DNA from: Candidatus Saccharimonadota bacterium
GTDB lineage: Archaea > Nanobdellota > Nanobdellia > Pacearchaeales > GW2011-AR1
Direction: 5' to 3'
DNA: 32,000 bases
NCBI GenBank assembly: GCA_026002795.1
Contig: BPGA01000001.1
Location: 60,001 to 92,000 of the forward strand
In this document: positions 26,620-32,000 of the stretch, in pieces
How positions within the stretch are numbered: the first letter of the stretch is position 1
Layout: each line of letters starts with the position of its first letter
Notes under the pieces: model-generated
Told to the model about the DNA's origin: nothing
The model's input: the letters and a program-made list of their open reading frames with translations, nothing else
Databases searched by the model: none
Made by a program: the position numbers and the translations under genes

Positions 26620-28260
26620 CTACCGATTCTCCTGAGGCAAGAGGTCGAATTGTACTCCTGGCCCCGTCGTCCCGATGCCGACGTTGCCGCCTGTAGTTAT
26701 GTGAACTAAGTTGTTAATATGTGTATTAACTTGATTATCATTGTTGATATAGAGATCATTTCCTATAGCTTGGATTTCGTTAGCATCAAGATGAATACCA
26801 GCTGTGCCCCCAGAGTTTAAAATTTGCAATACTCCAGATCCTACACCTGTATTTACATCACTATCAGACCTAAGCCTCACATCTCCGACTACTTCTAATT
26901 TTTCTGTTGGATTCGTCGTTCCAATGCCAACGTTGCCGTTAAATATAACATCCCTATTTGTTTTTAAGTTCATTGCTTGGAACCATTGAGATCCATTATA
27001 ATAACTAAAAATTAGTTGATCAGGTTCGCCACTATATTGACTCCCTCTCTTTGTTATAACCCAAAAAGCATTTGAACCGGATTCTCTAAATTCCATTTGA
27101 GGAGAGCTTGGACCTGTTGGAGAAGTGCCTTCTATTTTAATAATAGAGCTAACAACATGTAACTTCGCCCCCGGCGTCGTCGTCCCGATGCCGACGTTGC
27201 CGCTTGTTCCGTTGGCAAAGAAAAATACAGAATTGGTTGTATTCACAAGTCTAAATATATCTGAAGTAATTGTGTTTTGTTGAATGCCTCTTAAATACTG
27301 GAGTTTTATTTCTTCTTCACTTAAAGCTCTATCATAAACTCTTACCTCATCAATTACTCCTGAAAATGGTCTAGGATCTGTTGTTATCCAAATTCCGATA
27401 TTTAAATTTCCTGTTCCAAAATTTAAGTTGCCGCCAGAAAGTGTTCTAATTCCATCAAGAATTCCATTAAGATAAATCCTCATTTCAAATGTTGAATTGT
27501 CATAAGTTGCGGCAATATGATACCATCTGTTATTTGATAGTGTTGTGTTTGCAGAAAGTGTTTGTTGTGTTCCGTTGTTTATACTTAAAAATAATTTGTT
27601 GTTAAAAATTCTGAAGTAATTTGATGAAGGAGACTCTCTTCCAAAGATCATCTGATCATTTGAGACTGCTGTTGGGTATATCCAAGCTTCCCAGGTTAAT
27701 GATTTTGCGTTGTTTAGTGCTTGAGATGTCGTTACACTGACATAGCTTCCGTTATTTGATGCTAGTCTTGTAAAGTTTAAAGCAATTCCCATTTTTCCTG
27801 ATGTAAATGTTGGATTAATGCAAGAAGTTCCTACACAAGTAAGAGTACCGTCTGTGCCAAATGGACCTCTGTCATAAGTTAAGCTACCAGAACCTTCTGA
27901 AAAAGGTAGATAAAGCATTAAACCATCTGGAGTTGCATATCCTGGCTGGAATATTGTACTATTTGTTATAATGGTGCCACTTACATTAAGTAAACCCTCA
28001 ATATTTGTATTCCCAGAGGCATTAATATCCTTAACAAAAAGCGCTGTAATTCTATTGGTTAAACTTCCAAGAAAACCAAAAAAGCCGTAATTTGATGTTG
28101 AAACATTGCCTAGTACAGTAAGATTTCCTGTGTCTCCATGAATTCTTACAAGATCTGTTCCAGTTTGATTCTGGAACCTATAATCTCCTGCTGAAACAAA
28201 GTTTATGCTAGTTGCAATTAATAAAATTATTAAAATTTCCGCTAAATAACCTCTTTTCAT
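26620..28260 (-). CDS. secreted LamG/concanavalin-A-like lectin domain protein with C-terminal GNVGIGTT repeats
   Basis: Signal peptide MKRGYLAEILIILLIATSINFVSA. LamG-like core (LYLPFSEGSG...ALNF...SLTWEAWIYPT...WYHIAATYD...IYLNGILDG...GVIDEVRVYDRALSEEEI). Three anchors (27179, 26915, 26666). It ends 12 codons into a module that is much longer in the other copies. Confidence 0.8.
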   Translation of the reverse strand: MKRGYLAEILIILLIATSINFVSAGDYRFQNQTGTDLVRIHGDTGNLTVLGNVSTSNYGFFGFLGSLTNRITALFVKDINASGNTNIEGLLNVSGTIITNSTIFQPGYATPDGLMLYLPFSEGSGSLTYDRGPFGTDGTLTCVGTSCINPTFTSGKMGIALNFTRLASNNGSYVSVTTSQALNNAKSLTWEAWIYPTAVSNDQMIFGRESPSSNYFRIFNNKLFLSINNGTQQTLSANTTLSNNRWYHIAATYDNSTFEMRIYLNGILDGIRTLSGGNLNFGTGNLNIGIWITTDPRPFSGVIDEVRVYDRALSEEEIKLQYLRGIQQNTITSDIFRLVNTTNSVFFFANGTSGNVGIGTTTPGAKLHVVSSIIKIEGTSPTGPSSPQMEFRESGSNAFWVITKRGSQYSGEPDQLIFSYYNGSQWFQAMNLKTNRDVIFNGNVGIGTTNPTEKLEVVGDVRLRSDSDVNTGVGSGVLQILNSGGTAGIHLDANEIQAIGNDLYINNDNQVNTHINNLVHITTGGNVGIGTTGPGVQFDLLPQENR

Positions 28261-28655
28261 TTTAATTTTTTCTCGACAAATTTAATTAACATGTCTATGA
28301 TTTTCTTAATGTCATTTTCGTTGTTTACCAAAAAATCCTCGGTAATTTTTTTGCCATAGTAGACAATATCATTCCTAAACTTCCTTAGATTATCAATAAG
28401 TTTTGCATAAGAATCATCAATTTCATAATTCTCAACAAAATAATCTAATAATTTCACATGACTAAGTGTTTTATATCCATCAGAATACATAACTGCTGTC
28501 AATAATTCTTTAATTATTTCATAGTATTCTTCAATAAACTTGTAAGGCTTATCTCTTGGAAGAATTTTTATGATTTCTAATCTATCCTTTGCCATTTTAA
28601 ATAAGTCTTTAGCTCTTTCTTTATCTTTTGAAATTTTGAATATCTCTTTCATCAC
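28257..28655 (-). CDS. HEPN-domain protein (putative toxin partner of the MNT)
   Basis: 132-aa all-helical ORF. LRKFRNDIVYYG sits where the HEPN R-x4-6-H motif belongs, but with Tyr in place of His. Its stop overlaps the LamG gene start (ATGA), and its start overlaps the MNT stop. Confidence 0.6.
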   Translation of the reverse strand: MMKEIFKISKDKERAKDLFKMAKDRLEIIKILPRDKPYKFIEEYYEIIKELLTAVMYSDGYKTLSHVKLLDYFVENYEIDDSYAKLIDNLRKFRNDIVYYGKKITEDFLVNNENDIKKIIDMLIKFVEKKLK

Positions 28656-29230
28656 AAACCTCCGTAAAGCACTAAACCATTCTTTATTTTTTTTTGAATA
28701 TTCTTATCTAGCTTAGAAAAATCATCTAGGATAATCACTCTAATTCTTCTTTTTAAAACACTTTCAAATTTGGAAAAATCAATCTCTTTCTTTATTTTAG
28801 AAACAACAAAAAAATCAATATCGCTTGATTCTACATCCTCTCCTCTTAAATAAGATCCAAATAAGATTATTGCTTTTGGATGAAGCTCATTAATAATTTT
28901 GTCTCTTAATTCCTTCAAAGAAAGAATGTTATAAGACATTTTTAACCATATAAAAGAGTCATTTTCTCTATTAGCGACATATCCGTCAAACGGCTTAGAT
29001 TTCCTCTTAATTATAAGCCCTTTCTTAGTTAGTTCTCTTATATAGTTTCTAACAGAAGGGTGTGCTAATTTTATCTTTTTACTTATCTCTTTTATGAAAT
29101 GTATTGTAGTTGGCTCTCTAAAGAACACCTCTAAAACCCGGATATAGCTACATTTAACCATATGGTATAATAATGTACCCTTTGGTATATAAATATTCCC
29201 TTTGGCTATTTTAACTTTATTGAATTCCAT
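28652..29230 (-). CDS. winged-HTH + minimal nucleotidyltransferase (MNT, NTP_transf_2-like)
   Basis: LFGSYLRGEDVESSDIDFFVV is the GS-x-n-DxD Pol-beta-type NTase signature. The N-terminal SVRNYIRELTKKGLIIKR looks like a wHTH. The start lies 1 nt after the stop of fibre gene A. Confidence 0.75.
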   Translation of the reverse strand: MEFNKVKIAKGNIYIPKGTLLYHMVKCSYIRVLEVFFREPTTIHFIKEISKKIKLAHPSVRNYIRELTKKGLIIKRKSKPFDGYVANRENDSFIWLKMSYNILSLKELRDKIINELHPKAIILFGSYLRGEDVESSDIDFFVVSKIKKEIDFSKFESVLKRRIRVIILDDFSKLDKNIQKKIKNGLVLYGGL

Positions 29231-29231
29231 T

Positions 29232-30632
29232 TTATATTCTAAATATCATATCACCTCCTTGAGTAAAAACACGGGCTGAACCTATGAACATTGTTTGAGT
29301 AACATTCGCATCACCAACAACATTTAGAGTGTTTTGTGGAGTGCTTGTGTTTATGCCAAGTCTTTCTGTTGTATTGTTCCAGAATAGTTTAGCATTATTT
29401 TGGCTTAAAACACCGTTAGCTCCTGCAAAAATTAAAGAGCCTTGATTAAAGCTTGAAAGTGTTAATCCTGCAAATGTTGGACTTGATGTTGTGTTTATGT
29501 CTTGTGGAAGGCTAAATGTCCATTGCCTATTTTGAGTTAAATCTTGAGGCCCTGTTGGTGTTACTGAAATTTGATTTGCTGTTCCAATCATCTCAAGTGT
29601 TCTTGATTGTGGAACTGCGTTTGTTGCAGTTGAGTTTACTGATTGCAATTGTGAAAGTGTTACAGCATCTTGTGCAGATGTTCCATTTGCAAGATTAATG
29701 ATTTTGTTGTTGTCCATGTTTATTGTTCCGTTGAAAACAGCAGAACCATTTACATGGAGTTTTTGTTGTGGTGTTGTTGTAGCAATGCCGACGTTGCCGC
29801 TACTGTCTATTCTTACTCTTTCTAAACCTGCTGTTGAAAATGCAAGCTGATTTGTTGTTGGTATGAACATTCCGTTGTCAGTATCTGCAGAAAAACTGAA
29901 AGCAGGAGCAGCAGCTGTTCCATTAGCAGCCTGAATTACTCTTCCAGATGTTATTACTGTAGTACCTCCTATTTGTAAATTACCTGAGACTAAATTTAAT
30001 GAATCACCGCTTGCTAAATCTAATCTATTTGCAGCTCCTCTAAACAACTGTACATCTGGATTAAAGTAAAGATTAGCTGTTGTATTTATTGAACCAACAA
30101 CATCTAATGTTTGTTGTGGTGTTGTTGTTCCAATGCCGACTCTGCCTGTGTTTCCTACAAAAGTTACAAACTCTGAATTAGAATCATTTAAAAAGGCTAA
30201 CCTATAATCTCCTGCACCAGAATTCCAGTTAACAATGTTCCTTAATTTTATATCTCTTGTTGCCTGAACAACTCCTCCAGCACTTACGTTGCTGTCATAT
30301 TTTCCTCTGAAAATCACATCAGGAGAGTCTGAACTTGAATTATCTGCTACATCGTTTGCAAGTGCTATAGCACTTCTTGAAAATAAGATATCACGCCACC
30401 TATAACTAGAATTTCCTAAATCAAAACTATTATCTAAATCAGGAATTAAGCTTCCATTAATTTCTAAGTTATTAACTTGAAGTGCAGAAATATTAACAAA
30501 ATAACCTGTTCTGAGCATAAATATCCCCACCAATAATTGAAAGCCCACCATTCTGCCAACCACCATTAAAATCAAAATTGCCATATACAGATGTGTTAAG
30601 TGGCATGAAAAAGCTAGAGTCATAACCATCAA
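29232..30632 (-). CDS. fibre gene A, 3' segment (modules R1c, R2-like N-part, unique tail-fibre-like C-terminus)
   Basis: 466-aa ORF. The first ~45 aa are out-of-frame read-through: the true frame joins ORF 30493..31089 via a 1-nt indel near 30509 (...GGDIYAQ|TGYFVNISALQVNNLEINGS). Anchors at 30124 and 29776. Confidence 0.7.
   Translation of the reverse strand: MMVMTLAFSCHLTHLYMAILILMVVGRMVGFQLLVGIFMLRTGYFVNISALQVNNLEINGSLIPDLDNSFDLGNSSYRWRDILFSRSAIALANDVADNSSSDSPDVIFRGKYDSNVSAGGVVQATRDIKLRNIVNWNSGAGDYRLAFLNDSNSEFVTFVGNTGRVGIGTTTPQQTLDVVGSINTTANLYFNPDVQLFRGAANRLDLASGDSLNLVSGNLQIGGTTVITSGRVIQAANGTAAAPAFSFSADTDNGMFIPTTNQLAFSTAGLERVRIDSSGNVGIATTTPQQKLHVNGSAVFNGTINMDNNKIINLANGTSAQDAVTLSQLQSVNSTATNAVPQSRTLEMIGTANQISVTPTGPQDLTQNRQWTFSLPQDINTTSSPTFAGLTLSSFNQGSLIFAGANGVLSQNNAKLFWNNTTERLGINTSTPQNTLNVVGDANVTQTMFIGSARVFTQGGDMIFRI
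29875..30123 (-). repeat. module R1, copy c (intact frame)
   Basis: Reference copy, in frame within ORF 29232..30632. Confidence 0.85.
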
Positions 30633-31089
30633 GTTTGTCTGCGTTTACATTAGTTAAGCCAGAACCATTTCCTGAAAAAGTTCCATAAATTGTTCCTGTT
30701 GCATTAATGTCACCTATAACATTCAACTTATTTGCAGGTGTTGTCGTTCCGATGCCGACGTTGCCTGTGTTTGAATTTACAAACAAAACATTAGAGCCTA
30801 CTGTGAGGTTGTTGTTAATAACTGCATTGTTTCTTATTGTTGTTGTTCCTGAAGAAGCTCCAAGTCTTAAGGTTGTTGCAGCTCCACCAATGTCAAGAGT
30901 TGTTGCAGTTGTATTTATTAAAGCGAAAGTTGTTGATGGTGTTGTTATATTTGAAATTATTGATGGACTTGTTAATGTTGGTGTGTTATTAAAAACAAGA
31001 GCTCCAGAACCTGTTTCATCTGTTACAGACAGAAGCAACATTAGCAGAAGAAATTGTAGAAACAAGATTTGAAGAAGAATCTGTTGCAA
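30493..31089 (-). CDS. fibre gene A, middle segment
   Basis: 198-aa ORF. Contains NVNADKLDGYDSSFF (a tail-fibre-like motif) and the anchor at 30743. It overlaps both neighbours out of frame. Confidence 0.65.
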   Translation of the reverse strand: MQQILLQILFLQFLLLMLLLSVTDETGSGALVFNNTPTLTSPSIISNITTPSTTFALINTTATTLDIGGAATTLRLGASSGTTTIRNNAVINNNLTVGSNVLFVNSNTGNVGIGTTTPANKLNVIGDINATGTIYGTFSGNGSGLTNVNADKLDGYDSSFFMPLNTSVYGNFDFNGGWQNGGLSIIGGDIYAQNRLFC

Positions 31090-32000
31090 CCAACCTATTT
31101 GCTGTTAATCCTGAAATTCTTGCGTTTGTTCCATAAATTGTTCCTGTTGCATTAATGTCACCAACAACATTCAACTTATTTGAAGGTGTTGTTGTTCCAA
31201 TACCAACATTACCTGAAGTGTCATTAACAAACAAATCATTAGTAACATTAAGACTTAGTCCTCCTGTTCCGCTACCTTGTATTTCAAGTTTTGCCCCCGG
31301 CGCCGTCGTTCCAATGCCGACGTTGCCAGAGTTATCTAATACCAACACATTGCCCAACCCACTCGACCAGAACAATAAGTCACCTCCTGTTCCTGCTCCA
31401 TGAAGTGTCTCATTAGCAGAAATGATGTCCCAAGCCCTATCACCGCTTCTCTCTATTCTCAGTCTACCGGCATTTCCATTTGAGTCGCCGAAGAGGTGGA
31501 ATTGTACTCCTGGATTCGTCGTCCCGATGCCGACGTTGCCAGTGCTGGTTATTGCCATCATGTCCCCTGGTCCCGGCGTCCATAACCTTGCTACATTCCC
31601 TATGCTATACCAGACATATTTTTGACCCGCTCCTGCACTAACATTTGGAGTAAATCCTCGGTCGTAGAACGATAGAGATGCGCCGGTTCCTGCGGATGAA
31701 ATTTCACCACCCTGATTGATATTTCCAGATATAATAGCTCCAGTGGCATCAGCAACGATAGCACCTACAACGTGAAGTTTAGTTTCAGGATTCGTCGTCC
31801 CGATGCCGACGTTGCCTGGTATTATCATTCCATCGCTTGGCGGCACAGTTCCTGCATATGAACCAACTGAGAGACCTCCTGTTGCTCCTGATACCGCATA
31901 AATACCTAACTTTCTGTTGCCGTTTATCCACACTGCGAGCGGATCGCCTGTATTTGCATTCTCAAAAACTAAATGGGCATTGTCTGTAGTGTCTTGGTCA
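31016..32000 (-). CDS. fibre gene A, 5'-ward segment (partial, runs off the window)
   Basis: The ORF-track entry 31016..31933 starts at an internal GTG. I translated 31934..31999 in the same frame (DQDTTDNAHLVFENANTGDPLA) and found no stop. Anchors at 31794, 31518, 31305, 31191. Confidence 0.7.
   Translation of the reverse strand, partial: DQDTTDNAHLVFENANTGDPLAVWINGNRKLGIYAVSGATGGLSVGSYAGTVPPSDGMIIPGNVGIGTTNPETKLHVVGAIVADATGAIISGNINQGGEISSAGTGASLSFYDRGFTPNVSAGAGQKYVWYSIGNVARLWTPGPGDMMAITSTGNVGIGTTNPGVQFHLFGDSNGNAGRLRIERSGDRAWDIISANETLHGAGTGGDLLFWSSGLGNVLVLDNSGNVGIGTTAPGAKLEIQGSGTGGLSLNVTNDLFVNDTSGNVGIGTTTPSNKLNVVGDINATGTIYGTNARISGLTANRLVATDSSSNLVSTISSANVASVCNR
31214..31327 (-). repeat. module R3, copy b (114 bp)
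   Basis: See R3a. The flanking modules differ between the two copies. Confidence 0.85.
31328..31540 (-). repeat. module R4, copy b (213 bp, intact frame)
   Basis: See R4a. Encodes NPGVQFHLFGDSNGNAGRLRIERSGDRAWDIISANETLHGAGTGGDLLFWSSGLGNVLVLDNS. Confidence 0.9.

Larger units (their letters stand above)
19710..31816 (-). repeat. dispersed direct 23-nt 'anchor' repeat encoding GNVGIGTT (about 30 copies, all the same orientation)
   Basis: Exact + strand copies of GTCGTCCCGATGCCGACGTTGCC start at 20421, 20709, 21320, 22262, 22934, 23282, 23504, 23983, 26104, 26339, 26666, 27179, 31518 and 31794. Variants (1-6 differences or a 1-nt indel) start at 19710, 19983, 21107, 22043, 23740, 24214, 24734, 25119, 25638, 25990, 26915, 29776, 30124, 30743, 31191 and 31305. 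All located by eye. Confidence 0.9.

Noticed and set aside
19917-31625. Many + strand ORFs in the fibre locus (e.g. 19917..20114, 20310..20552, 21224..21649, 22763..23026, 24172..24357, 25068..25319, 25999..26196, 26804..26989, 30707..31072, 31155..31403, 31422..31625), nearly all sharing a ..VVPMPTLP.. peptide
   Set aside because: VVPMPTLP is simply the antisense translation of the anchor (GNVGIGTT codons). These ORFs lie inside longer, homology-supported minus-strand coding sequence and are shadow ORFs favoured by the local GC-rich, stop-poor composition.
19710-31816. The 23-nt direct repeats as a CRISPR array
   Set aside because: Spacing is 114 to over 700 bp and irregular. The repeats are in frame within protein-coding sequence, the 'spacers' are themselves duplicated modules, and no cas genes are present.
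19710-31816. Shufflon-type or invertase-driven multiple inversion system using the 23-mer as recombination site
   Set aside because: All ~30 copies are in the same orientation, so site-specific recombination would delete rather than invert. No tyrosine or serine recombinase gene is visible in the window. This cannot be excluded for genes outside it.
17818-32000. Integrated provirus
   Set aside because: Tail-fibre-like motifs are present, but there are no capsid, portal, terminase or integrase genes and no att-like flanking repeats within the window. This is treated only as a possible evolutionary origin.

Overview
AT-rich archaeal contig, probably from a DPANN-type archaeon. That call is an inference from the Rpo7-Spt4-S24e-S27ae cluster, Dph6, small tightly packed genes, and tRNAs without encoded CCA. 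Positions 1-17.7 kb hold ordinary, intact housekeeping genes: tRNA-Ala, a GATase, Dph6, ScpA, the rpo7/spt4/rps24e/rps27ae cluster, PIN proteins, tRNA-Trp, HtpX, an Lhr helicase with its phosphoesterase partner, a cupredoxin-like/DoxX-like/VKOR redox trio, NrdR with class II RNR, and thioredoxin. Positions 17.8-32 kb form an all-minus-strand accessory locus that is visibly more GC-rich. It encodes giant tail-fibre-like surface proteins built from modules, each bounded by the peptide GNVGIGTT. This peptide is encoded about 30 times. Fourteen copies use an identical GC-rich 23-mer, GTCGTCCCGATGCCGACGTTGCC on the + strand, and all copies share one orientation. Identical modules recur in different combinations, and the junctions fall exactly on this 23-mer. 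Most of the locus is broken by frameshifts and in-frame stops. The one intact gene with a signal peptide, a LamG-domain protein, is translationally coupled to an embedded wHTH-nucleotidyltransferase/HEPN pair. My leading hypothesis is an anchor-mediated recombination or gene-conversion system that diversifies surface fibres. Repeat-induced assembly artefact is the main alternative.
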